64,000 nucleotides of DNA from Pseudovirgaria hyperparasitica (taxonomy: Eukaryota), in assembly GCA_010093815.1 (NCBI GenBank), contig ML996571.1. One strand, written 5' to 3'. This document shows, one piece after another, positions 25,868 through 37,883 of the stretch (position 1 is its first letter; each line of letters starts with the position of its first letter). Made by a program: the position numbers and the translations under genes. The notes beneath the pieces are model-generated. The model was not told the origin of the DNA. It ran no database searches and saw only the letters and a list, made by a program, of their open reading frames with translations.

Positions 25868-27142
25868 ATTACCACAATGCTATCTCTTTGTTTTCGAAAG
25901 CCAGCTGGATGACGGACGAGGAAGCCATGATTATATATGGACTGACACAGCCCTGTATACTATACCGTAGTCTTAGATAGCACACAAGTTCACCCGGTAA
26001 AGATCACACTCTAGGCAAGGATGAATCCGGTAGATAGTTCAGTTAGAGATAGATCTGACCCTGGCGAATCAAGTCCGAGGACATTCAGACGGTGCAGGGC
26101 GATCCAAGGCTTACGTGTGTGTGTTAATGGCCCCCACTCACTCCATGTACCCTAAACGTTAGCCAGAGCGGATCTAAATTGCCGATAGCTTGTGCTAACG
26201 TTCCACTTGCCCGTGTTCTTCTTCATGGACAGCTCATGCCATCTACATATTAAACTCTATGACGCCGAGTGTGAATATTCTGGATGGTGAGAAAAGAGGA
26301 TACCGAAGAATAAGGTATTGATCCATTTGACCACGAAGCAAAAGGTCGACCCTGGTCAAGTCATACGATAGGAGGCGTTGTAACTTGTGGTCCCTATAGC
26401 CAGACTTGGTCATGTACGATCCTGTCGACAAGTGCCGGGCTCGTTGCTAGAGCACAGAGACAGGCTTGGTAAATCGCACCAAGAATAGTGCTTATCTGCC
26501 GAAGAAACCATGAGCCTGACGACCAGCAATGTTCGAAACGCAAACCGTGACTCCAGTACTCTAGTACTCCACTCCAGGACCAACAGGAAAGGAAATCGTA
26601 GAGTTCTTCCACAATATCGGCATCGAACACTACCTTCACGATACAGCCTGTTGCCTCATCGCCATGCCATGTCATAAGTCTGCCGCACCTACATGAAATT
26701 ATAGGGAAGGCACACGTCTCTTGCGATCAATCTTTCGTTCATGGCCATAGGAGATCAAGGGACGGTCTGGATTCTTACGCATCGTACTCCCCTCGTTAAT
26801 TGCACCCATTTCACATTTTGTGGTATTTTCTTTTCTCCTTTGAAAGTCATTCGATGTCGACTAACAAATATTGATCCAAATGTCATGCCAGCTCTTGACA
26901 CCAGTCACGAAAAGTGCCGTAGCATGTGTGAATCCAACATTGTGCTAGCCTTCAAGTTTGGTATCACTGCTAGGGGTCCAAGGCTTAACCTCGCAGAAGT
27001 GCACATTCACAGCTGACAAGTCGTGTTATTTTCACGACTTCCGTACATATATATCACGATATTATACGATAGTGTGCACGGGCAATATGAAGGCTGCATT
27101 GCATTGCAACATGTGCAACAAATGATGATAATGTAGGAGTAT

Positions 27143-29250
27143 TCACAGCAAGATCAGCAAGACAGAAGCCAAAGAGATGACCGCTGCTGATCCAGCCATG
27201 CCGAATGGCACACCTATAACGTTTCCATCTCTGCCAAGGCTCGATGCACCACTTGCCGGAGGCGTAGGTGTGGGTGATGGTCCTGGAATGCTACCATTGT
27301 TCAGATCAGGAAACAAGTGGATTGTGTTCTCGTCCACGACGATCCAATTGCGCACCAATGCAGTACCATTCGAAACACTCTCCCATTGATCGTCTGTGCA
27401 CTGATCAGGGTCCAGTACGTAGCATGTAGGTGCCGGCATCGGGATCACCTCGTTCTTGATATCGAACGTCGAGGTCGGACCCTCCGTACCGTAGTTGGCA
27501 TTCTCGGCAGTGTTGATCTGACCGGTTGCAATGTCCATATTGAACAGCGCTCGCTCAAAGATGCGTAGTGCAGTCTCTGGCTGGTATGCTGGAACTTCGT
27601 GACCAGCTTCGTAGACACGACTGAAGCTGAGATTCCCATACTGGCGGACTTGGCCGCCAATGTACGAGTCGTTGACTTGGATACCGGCGTAGCCAGCCGC
27701 ATTAAAGGCTTCAGTGTTAGTGTAGTTGATGGCCTTCGAGACTGCTTCTCCGCCGAACCAATTGCAGGCGTAGTCACGGTCCCCGTAGACCAATGTGACC
27801 TTGACCCCGGACTCCAGGAGATAAGTCAGGTCTTCCAACCATCCTGGACGTGGATAGTCGCCAATGCTGCGGAATGCCGTCGAGACTGGTCCAGAGCTCT
27901 GAGTCCAATTCCGAGGCACACCGAGGCCTTGCTGTACATGTGGCTGGTTGAGCCAGCCGGCATAGAATGGTACCGGGAAAGCTGCAGGGTTGATGGCAGA
28001 GATATCGTAGTAATTGCGACCCGAGTCTTCAAGATATGGGTCACGAATGTTCGCCCCACAGAATGTCTCAGCTGCCTCGCAGACTCCATTCACAGTATCG
28101 TTGAAGCCTTGGTTAGTCGGATCAGACTCAGCAGCAAGCTTCCGACATTCGATTATCTGATCAGAGCATCCGCCTTCTCGAGTGAACGCATCCATCGCGG
28201 CTTCATATCTAGTATGATTGATGGCCTCGATACCGTATGTATTGTTGTACGCCATCATGGGATAGGATGGCCATTGGACAAGACGATCAATGCAGCCATT
28301 GATGATGAGGAGAGTATCTAGGTGAAGAATATGAGTTTCACCAGACTCTGTCCATGTCCCGTTTGCGATCTTATCATTCTGCTCTTGGAAAAAGGCAGCG
28401 AAAGCAGGGCCATATCTACCACCGTAAGACTCCGTAGAGATTGAGATCTTATCGTTATTTGGCTTATGCTCAGGGAACTCCTGGAACCAAGTCTGAGCAA
28501 AATACCACATGGCACGTGCAGAATTTTCCGTGCCCTTGGTGGTGTAGTTGCGATTCTGGCTAGCATAAGTACCGACATAGTACGTGTTGTTCTGCTCCGG
28601 GACACCATTCGAAAAGTCTGCCGTACGAGTGTCATTGTTGAGGTCCACTGTGACATTTTGAAGTGTGTCGTACGACAAGCCGACTTGCACCGGCTGGTCA
28701 AGATACAACATGTTAACTACGAATCTTAGCGATGTCATGGATGCTAAGGGCTACGGAGATGCTTACCGTTATTGTTCCACGAATGTTCGTTCAGATAAGT
28801 AGAGTTTGAATCTGCATTCACGTAGCATGGGCCGTGTTCTCGCATAAGGCCAAGCATCGATGAACTTCCAGGCCCTCCATTCATCCAGATTGATAATGGT
28901 GCATTCTGAGGATCGTTACGAGCCTCGAAGAACCAGAAGTACGTATTTATCGGGTAATCCTGATCAACGTCCAAACCCTCCAACGTTTGAGGTGGAAGAT
29001 GTACATAGCCGGAAAATGAGCGGACGCCCTCGGTCGTTTCGCATAATTCTGTCTACGCATAGTCGGTCTTGGAGCTCATCCCATACGAGTTTGCTACAGG
29101 ATTATATCTTACCTCTTTGTACGAAATGTAGACTCCCTCTTCCAGGGTAGAGTTGACAATAGTAATGTCGGTCGGCGTAGGCGGAAACTGAGCCGCCGCC
29201 GATCTACTGAAGCCAACGACGGCCACCGTCAGACCGTGAAGCGCTCGCAT
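27143..29250 (-). CDS. Secreted serine carboxypeptidase (S10), possibly GPI-anchored
   Basis: Signal peptide; [23 protein letters not shown] (nucleophile), [14 protein letters not shown]; hydrophobic C-terminus; two introns. Confidence 0.92.
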
Positions 29251-30153
29251 GGCTCAGGACTAGCAATGATCACTTTTTGAGGTCTGGTGCCCAAGGCAAG
29301 TAGGTACTATGCTGTACCGCTGCAATATATATTCTCGCATGGCGCCAAGGAACCTGGCTGATAGCGTCGGGGGGAGTCTTGAGGGCATCGCGAAACGATA
29401 GCGGTCGATAGGGCAAACAACGCCGAACAAGCCGTTTGACCCGGTGTTTTGTGAGAATTCGGTATTGGATACATGGGCGGGGTACATGGCCAAGCCCGCT
29501 ATGAACGATTCAGGAAGCTGGTATAAGCATTCTGAAGCAGCAGCCTGCAGCGAAATCACCTGGGCCGTGCTCCTTTCACAGTTTATGACATTAATTTCGA
29601 GTCTAATTGACTTTGCGAAGAGACGGAGATTATATGGGGTGGACAAAGGATCATAGCTCCAGGTTCCTTTCATCCTTCCATCACGTTCCGCTGCGCTACG
29701 AAGGACAGCGGCCTGCGGAGACAATATCAGACGTAGAAAACTACAGCCTAAAAGCATGCAATGAGTCAATGAGTATGCGAATATCAGTAATAACGGAGTA
29801 GGCGATGGTGATGTTATCCTTGGCCAAGGAGGGTTCGAGATAGAAACTCAAGAGCGCGGACAATTTATGGGTCGCCATACGAATGCATATCCACCATGGA
29901 ATTGCTTCGCACGAACGATATTTGTCATGTCAAATCTTGCTTCAATACTCCAATTCTACGTGATGCGTACGGGCGAAGATTTCATCGTAATGGAAGTGGT
30001 ATTGCCGTCCATGGGTGGAGGTCAAGGAACAGCCAGCTTGGCGCGTCCGTCTCTGCCGTCGCGTCGTGCCACCCGTGTTGACGTTTGATCCATATCAGCA
30101 ATCATGAGGAGCCGTTTTACACCAAACCTGAGAACGGCTTTGTCAACGTCACA

Positions 30154-32030
30154 ATGGGGATTCCTGGGTGAGCCTACACTTCAAGCTTTGACGCGGTCAC
30201 GAATAATGATTTTGCAGCTTATGGGACATACTGGGAGACGGTGAACTCACGTCCCTCGCCGAGTTGTCCACACGACACTACGAGCAGCATGGCCGACCGC
30301 TTCGAGTTGCGGTCGATGAAGCTGGTTGGCGTTTCAAGAACCTGACACCGCAGCAAGTAGCCTTTATCAAACAAAGTAGGCATTTGATCGTACTCTCCAT
30401 AACTAAGCTGATTGAGTAAATTGAAGAGGAGCCTCGTGCAAACCCTGTCGAGAAAGCTTTGCTATTCCGTATCTTGAAGCTTCGACGGCTCAATATACAG
30501 CCCATCTTCGTATTCGACGGGCCCGGACGTCCACATAAAAGAGGCGGGGCTTCAGGGCACATTGAGTGGGACAAAGTGGCACTCGTATATGAGCTTCTCA
30601 ATAACCTCGGCGTACCACATCATCGTGCACCCGGTGAGGCTGAGGCAGAATGTGCAAGGCTTCAAGAACTTGGTATAGTTGATGCCGTGTGGTCAGAAGA
30701 CGGCGATAGCTTCATGTTCGGCTGCACGCTGTTGCTTCGCGATTTTCGAGAAGATAATAAGAAGAGTGACACTCACGTTAGGGTTCATCGTGCGGAGGAA
30801 CTGAAGACTAGATACGGCATCGATCGGGAAGGCCTAGTTTTGTTTGCGCTAGCTAACGGCTGCGATTACACGAAAGGAGTTCACGGCTGTGGAACACAAA
30901 AAGCTTTGAAGCTGATCCGAGAGGATGACGGAAGGATTGGAAGATCTCTTTGTCAGCGAGCCGAAAATACTGCCCAGGTTTGGAAAGAAAGTTATTGCGA
31001 GGTGCTGACGCGCCATTTGGGTCCTCTGCCTCCGGACTTTCCTGACAAACGAGCTTTGAGGTATTGTAAAAGCCCAACAATATCGATGGACGAAGAGCTT
31101 TGGAATCTGAGAGGGCTACAGCAAGGCTGGGACAGGCAGATAAATCAGACTACTCTACGAGGTTTCCTGAGATATCGCTTCAACTTTACAACGAAAACAT
31201 TTCTGAAACATATCACGCCCCATCTACTCGTTCGCCAGCTTCTTGCGCAGACGCAAAAGCCTCAAGGTTCTGGGCCAAGAAATCCCCAGAACATTCAGTT
31301 GGTCCATCAGAGAGTGCGCAAAGCGAGTGAAAACGAGCACCGATATGAAAGGAAGATCAAGTTCGACCCCCAGGCTCTCGTCACCTTCGACCTTTCGGAA
31401 CAGCCGCCTGAAGAAGACTGGTCTAAGTTCGTCACCAAATCAGAGCCTTATTTTAGCCCGATTGCTATGGTGGAAACCGAAATTTTAGAATGCACATTGC
31501 GAGCGTCCTTACCACCAGAGACCTTCGAACCCCATGTATCTACCCAAAAGTCCCAAAAGAGGAAAAGCAACGTCACATGCACTCCGGAGTCGACGTCAAA
31601 CGTGGAACCAGAGGCCAAGCCAAAGAAGCGAAAGACTACTGCAAAGAGACCCCAAGCTCTTACCGAGACTGACAGAAATAGCGACAAGGGAGCCCCCTTG
31701 TGGGTCAACAAGCCCCAAAGTAAATCCAAGAAAGCGACTGTTCCTTCTTATTCACATACACATCTTCACCCGCACCAGATATCCTCTGCTTATCCAAAGC
31801 CCGATGCAGCCTACTTGAGCAAGTCGACAGTCACTATCGATCTTGGAGAGAATTCAGATGACGACGAATTGCCTAATTTATCGCAAATCATGCATCTTTC
31901 AACAGACAGGATAAGTCATGGCTCTGCTGAAAGATTGCCTAATCCCAAAACTGCCATTGATCGCGCAGCCTCGACACTTCGACAAAACAACAATACAACC
32001 TCTAATTTTGAATTAATAGATCTTACCTAA
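30154..32030 (+). CDS. XPG/FEN1-superfamily nuclease (GEN1/Yen1-like)
   Basis: MGIPG|LWD start, RVAVD, FVFDG, APGEAEAECA, WSEDGDSFMFG, GCDYTKGVHGCG; two 5' introns. Confidence 0.85.
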
Positions 32031-32410
32031 AGATGTTTTTACGCACACGCGCACTTCATATTGCATCAGGATACCACGCACAACTAGCTAGATGGATGTA
32101 CGCGCGCCATTTCGTATTCTACCGAAAGTCCAGGCGAAGCTTACAGCTTTAAATCCTAATCACGGAGCGACCTGCCACACGTTAGGCTTCTTGTTTCGAA
32201 GGATTCGTGGCCGCCATGCCGAACGCACTTTTCTGCACATTAGCCTCACCTGGGCGCGCAGCCACGCCGAGCCGCGTTGACTTGACGTCACCACTATTCT
32301 CGAACCTGCTTGGCTGGTCAAACAGAGCTGCTGGATATTTACTATATTCTAATCTCAGCAATACAGATCGAAGAAAGTCATTACGAGAACACGTAATACC
32401 AATTCTCGTG

Positions 32411-33802
32411 ATGACTGACTCCATATCATCCAACCGCTCCGCCTTCAAGGAGTTCATCGCATCCATCTCCACCATCTCAGGCGATTTGAGCAACATAACA
32501 GCGCCACCATTCCTGCTCGCCCAAAACTCCACTGTCGAACTGCCCCAATACTGGGCAGATCATCCACAGCTCTTCGTCGCACCAACGTTTGAGCAAGATC
32601 CCGCTCAGAGGGCTCTGCTCGTGCTGAAATGGTTCCTCGGATCGCTGCGCAACCAGCAATACGCAGGCCGGTCCGAAGACGAGGGCGTCAAGAAGCCCTT
32701 GAACGCATTCCTAGGCGAGCTCCTCCTCGGATCTTTCAAAGACAACGATATCGGCGAGACGCGCCTGTTGAGCGAGCAAGTCAGCCACCACCCCCCAGTA
32801 ACCGCATGCTATCTCTGGAACGACCAGTGCGGAATCCGCGCCGAAGGCTTCACGTGTCAAGAAATCACATTCTCGGGCAGTGTGAGCATCAAGCAGAAGG
32901 GCTTTGCAGTGCTGCATATCGATAAGTTCGACGAGAATTATCTGGTTCCGCTGCCAGATGTTAAGGTCAAGGGCGTGCTCAGCGGCACACCGTATCCGGA
33001 ACTCACAGGCACAGTCCATCTCGTGAGCTCAACCGGGTATGTCGCCGAGATCAGCTTCGAGGGCAAGGGCTTCCTGCGCGGCTCGAAGAACAGTGTTGAT
33101 GCCAGGCTATTCAAGGTGGATATGCCTGAAGACCCGCTATATCATGTACACGGGCAGTGGACCAGCGATCTGACAATCCACGACGTAAAAGCCAACAAAG
33201 ACGTGGAAACATACAACGTCACCGCGGAAAACTCTGCGAAGATGAGCCTAGCGCCGCTCTCCGAACAAGATCCCTGGGAGTCGCGACGCGCGTGGGAGGG
33301 CGTCATCGCGTCCCTGCAGAAGGGCAACATGCAGGGCGTCAGCGATGCGAAGTCGAAGGTCGAGCAAGGGCAGCGACAAATGCGCGAGGACGAGAAGGGC
33401 AGCGGACGCGAATGGACGCCTGTGTTCTTCACCCGGGCAGATAATGTGCCTGTCTTTGACCAGTTGCAGACGGTCTGGGATACAAAGACGCCGATTGAGC
33501 CAAAGGGCGGGATGTGGAGGATCGACAAGGAGAAAGTAGAGAGTGCGAAAAGGCCTTTCCACGGAGATATGACGCCAGGCAATCAAAGGCGTGGGAGGAG
33601 TGGGGATACCGTGAATGGATCTCAAAAGAGTAGTAGCACAGCTGCACCAGGTGAAGCGGCCCAGCAAAAGCAAACCAAGGCCTCTCCAGCACTCAATCGT
33701 TCATCTGATAAAGAAGACTCGAAAGCACCACCCACGAACCGCGAACTAGACACAAAACAAGTCGAGACCTTTCTGCGCAATAAGTACAGCTCCGTCAGGT
33801 AG
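32411..33802 (+). CDS. KES1: Oxysterol-binding protein Kes1/Osh4 homolog
   Basis: GDLSNITAPPFLL, KKPLNAFLGE, EQVSHHPP, ESRRAW; first ATG at 32411. Confidence 0.9.
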   Translation: MTDSISSNRSAFKEFIASISTISGDLSNITAPPFLLAQNSTVELPQYWADHPQLFVAPTFEQDPAQRALLVLKWFLGSLRNQQYAGRSEDEGVKKPLNAFLGELLLGSFKDNDIGETRLLSEQVSHHPPVTACYLWNDQCGIRAEGFTCQEITFSGSVSIKQKGFAVLHIDKFDENYLVPLPDVKVKGVLSGTPYPELTGTVHLVSSTGYVAEISFEGKGFLRGSKNSVDARLFKVDMPEDPLYHVHGQWTSDLTIHDVKANKDVETYNVTAENSAKMSLAPLSEQDPWESRRAWEGVIASLQKGNMQGVSDAKSKVEQGQRQMREDEKGSGREWTPVFFTRADNVPVFDQLQTVWDTKTPIEPKGGMWRIDKEKVESAKRPFHGDMTPGNQRRGRSGDTVNGSQKSSSTAAPGEAAQQKQTKASPALNRSSDKEDSKAPPTNRELDTKQVETFLRNKYSSVR

Positions 33803-34374
33803 ACAGTACAAACGCAATCTACCAGCCACCTTACTCACAGGTCAATATCGGTACTCTGGGCTCGTAAAGATGTTGATATACAACACACCGTCCTTGAACG
33901 ATCTAGTAAGCTGAACTTGCCTGTGTGCACTACACTTCAGACTCTTGTATCTACACAGATCAGTCGATTACCGACGATCAGGCATTTGCTATTTAGGACA
34001 ACGCAGGATCTCTACGAGCAACAAGATGTCAGGATGAAGCTGAAACCTCGTCGAGACGCTTGTGACGAGTGACGAGACCCAGTAGTAGATTGAGGGAGAA
34101 GCAATCACGAGTGGACGGGTTCTACAATCAAGGGCCAAGGCTAAAAAGCTTGCGTCAGTGGACTTTACATGTCAGCCAAGAGGGGTTTTATATGACTTAA
34201 TGACTAGTGTCTTTATTCCATTTCCGTGCAAATACTTGCATAATTATCTCCGACGCTATTACAACCAGTCCGTTCAGTTAGACTTCGTAAGGCCTATCCA
34301 CGCTCTCCTTGAGCCCTGTCATAACAAGGGTATAACATCCCAAATACCTACAAGAGTCCAGATACATGCATGTC

Positions 34375-36919
34375 TCAAGCATCAGTCTCAACCAGAGTGC
34401 CGCTGGTGGGAACAGCTGCCGTCTCCGCGTTTTCCTCCGGCGGCGAATCTGCGATACCGTTCCAACTCACAGTCGACAAATTAGCCTCCTGAGGTGATTG
34501 CAGCTCATTCTCCTCTTGCACTGGTCCCGCTTCCAGTAGCCTAGCTTCGAGCAGCTCCGCAAATGAAAGACAGCGGTACCCATCATCTACATCGTCGTCG
34601 TCCTCGTCATGCATTTCGAACTTGCCATAGATGCGGTTCCCCTCCTCATCGTATGCGATCTCACGCTGTGAGCGATCGCGCTTGGCAAGCGTCATCTCGA
34701 TCTCGCCGCTGTCTTTGACACGGTCGATCTTGGCGGTGCGAAAAGCAGTAATCAGGGGCTGCCAATTGGTTTCGTGTGACATGTCCAGCTGTTTGAATAC
34801 TACGATAGCACCTTCACGAACGTCTTTCTGCGCCAACACTGGGAGGTCTTCGACGCACAGCGGCAGTATAGGAAGGTCGTCGGCGAAGACTACGTGCTTT
34901 CCGGCTGGCTTGGCGGTGTCTGGGGCTTCGTCGTAATCGAGCACTACATTTGATTCCGGTTCATCTACTGCTTGAGAGAACACATTCCCGAAATCAGCAT
35001 TAGTATTGAAGTCGTTGTAGTAGTTGGTATTATTTCGCTGGCGCTTCTTCTTTCTACGCTCGTTGTTGGCATTACGACTGTTACGCTGAGGATCATACTG
35101 CTGTTGCGGGTCCCAGCGCTGAACAAACGGAAAGAGAGGGGTACTGAGCACGATTCCGTCTTTACAGCATTCAACAGCGTTAAGGTTGAGTTTGAATTTC
35201 CAGGCATTTACGTCTTCGACTTTGCTATCATCTACGACGGGCAGCCTCCCCTTGCCATTGTTCGGCGACTGTGTTCTAGTTGTGATAGCATCCTCTTCAG
35301 AATTTGTCGTAGGAATGCAGAAACGTGGCGAGTCATTCGATGTGCCCTTCGATCGAGTAGCGCCTGTACGTGCGCGCTTATTGGGAGTCTCTGTATCGGT
35401 GCCATCTCTTGAGCGCCGAGACTTTCTCTTCTTAGAATTCTCGGGTAAGAGAGTAACTGCTGCAATGTCTACCCCACCAGTGGCCAGATCACGGAGTAAA
35501 ACTTCTCGTTGTTCCAGCTCTTCTTTTGAGAGTGAGTGCGCTGTAAGAGCAACTCCAGGGGTTCCATTCTTGCCTTTCCCCTTCGGCGAGGCCATCGGTG
35601 TCTGCTCGTCGTCGGGTGCAGAGTTTCCTGAATCCAGATGTGCGCGAAGGTCAGCTAATGAGGCATCGGGGTCAAGCTCGCCAAGCTCTTTGAGTCTGTT
35701 GAGAGTCCTCAGGGCGCGTCTACGCTGGTTTCTTGTCTTCGTGTCTGACGAGCCTTCATATGGCAGGGATACACGCTGCTTTGGGCGAGTTGATTCGACT
35801 TCTGGCCCAGGATCTGACGTAGCATCTGAATCTGAAGGACTGGGCACACTGTATCTTCCGGTGTTATCTTTTGCATTGACACCTTCTGCTGGGGTGGCGT
35901 CTGAGTCTGAATCAGAACTTGAATCCGAATCCGAATCTGAATCCGAATCCGAATCTGAGTTCGAGTCTGAGTCCGCGTCCAAAGCCGAACTGTCGGAGCT
36001 AGAATCTGTATCGGGATCTGACTCGTTGTCGGCATCGCTATCTGGCATCGCTTGCCCCTTGGACCTGGTCAAGCGAGTTTCCGCGATAGCTTCTCCTTCA
36101 CTCTCCTCTAGGTCACTTTCATTCTCCGAGCTACTTGACCCGTCCTCAAAGTTGTCGTCTGATTCGTCGTCATCTGAGGGAAGCAGAGTCGATTCGTTCA
36201 CTGCTGCGGCTGTATTGAACCTTACTCTTCTACTGACACGCGCGTTGGCAGGCCTTGCAGATTGAACCTCTCCGGCTACGTTTTCTTCCCGGTCGTGCTC
36301 GTATGGGACGAAATCCTCATCCTCCTCTTCGTCGTCTTCGTCGTCTTCGGCGTTATTTCCATTCGTGATTCTAGAGAGGGATGTAGGCTCGGGGCTCGGG
36401 CTAAGGTCAATGTCGCCGTCCGCAGGTGGCAAGAGACGTGCTCGCTTGCGAGGAGGAATATTGACCGCAGGTCTGGCTGGCCTTCTGAGCCCGGTCTTGC
36501 CAAAAGGTACACCGTCTAGTAGATGTACACCGGCAGACGATACCTGGACACGACCAGAGACTCGACGTACGCGAAGCTCGGGTGTCTGAAGAGGTCTCAC
36601 ACTATGTCGTCATGTCAGTCTCGAACCTGCAGCTGGCTTTTCTCCGAGTTCATCGGAATGCGGAGAGGGATACTTACCAGACATGGTCACCGTCCTTGAG
36701 TATCTGGGCAAGCCGTGAGTAGTGGAGGCACTCGAAACCATCGACCTCTACCACATAGTCCTCGAGACCCCATTCTGGAGCTTCCAGGGGTATAGCTTCG
36801 TCAATATCCTCGAGGAGATTCGAGATTGTCTGTAAGCCCTGGGCCGGATGGTCAGAGATATTCCAAAGCAGGTCTACAGACGGCAGACCGTGACGCTGAA
36901 CTGAGAGTTTCAAGCGCAT
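34375..36919 (-). CDS. Probable coilin homolog (N-terminal domain, acidic/Ser linker, C-terminal Tudor-like domain)
   Basis: ATG at 36919 (MRLKLSVQRHG...ILKDGDHVCVRPL), intron 36602-36677. The C-terminal LPVL..GAIVVFKQLDMS...GKFE...FAELLEARL resembles the coilin C-terminus as I remember it. Confidence 0.62.
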
Positions 36920-37808
36920 GATTAGATCATTGCGGAGTGAGTCTAGGTCATGGATGTTGTTGTTATTGTTGTACACACGCAGAAAGCCAGAAGCAGAAAC
37001 AATTATTTGGTTCTTGTCGCGTCAGTCCTCGGCCGCCGTCGCACTAGTCAGAGGTAATAAAGGTGGGGCGAGCGCCGGCCACGCCGTAATGCCTTGCTGC
37101 CTTGTTTTCTTGTTTCTGCCTGACTGCCTTGCTGTCTGACTGCCTGACTGCCTTGCTGCCTCCACATACAATCGATGAATCGCGTATTCATTCGTCTTGA
37201 CGAGATTGACATCTCATTCCCCTAGATTACTACTGACACGTAGGTATCTTACTTGCCTTTTCCTCTCCCAAGGTAATCATGTTTCTCCTTCTCACTCACA
37301 TAATACTTCCTAGCCTCTTTCTTGAAGAATCATCAGGCGCGTCTCATTCGTTCCATGTTTCTTACGTTTTGTCGTTTTCATCACCTCAATTCTCTTATCG
37401 GTATCGAGAAGCGATCGTTTCCCATCATCATCATGAGGGTTGCACACACAGTGAAACGGGTGTTCTTGGCGAAGGCAGCAGAAGTCTTGGAAGCGCGCGT
37501 TTGAGCACGTTTCGCCCCACAACTGCATCCATTCATAACCACCGAGAGAACTGTAGAATTATGACAACGCCGCTCCACTCACCAGTCGCCGATTACTCAA
37601 ATATCACCTTCTTTCCCACGTGGCTATCTGCAGAATTAGTTTGGTTCCCGTACTTTCGAGATCAATCGCTGTATCGACCATAACCTCGTCGCACGTCGCT
37701 TGGATTTAACATCAGTCGACGATCCGGATCGAACTAGCGGAAGCTGTCGAGCATTTCTTGGCTGCCATGCTTGGCTAAACACGGAATCACACTCGAAACT
37801 CCAGCCTT

Positions 37809-37855
37809 GATAAACCATTTATCGCATGGTCTTGTGCTCAGCGACATATAATAAA
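37809..37855 (+). promoter_or_regulatory. Candidate metal-response promoter (GATA pair, Mac1-like site, TATA-like)
   Basis: GATAA and TTATC near 37809-37823, TGTGCTCA at 37833-37840 and TATAATAAA at ~37847, just upstream of the reductase ATG. Confidence 0.3.
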
Positions 37856-37883
37856 CTCCCGTACGTTTTCGCCGTACTTCAAG

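Noticed and set aside
29260..29769. 169-aa minus-strand ORF upstream of the carboxypeptidase
   Set aside because: Non-ATG start, no motif, and it lies in the promoter region.
32207..32410. N-terminal extension of the KES1 ORF (also the 50335-50667 extension of the GH16 ORF)
   Set aside because: Non-ATG starts; homologous sequence or the signal peptide begins at the downstream ATG.
35186..36265. 359-aa plus-strand ORF (and similar long antisense ORFs at 41676, 49843 and 57782)
   Set aside because: These are antisense shadows of real genes with biased codon usage.
37115..37160. CTGCCTGA repeats shared with ~51815-51845 as a common regulatory element
   Set aside because: Most simply explained as independent short tandem repeats.
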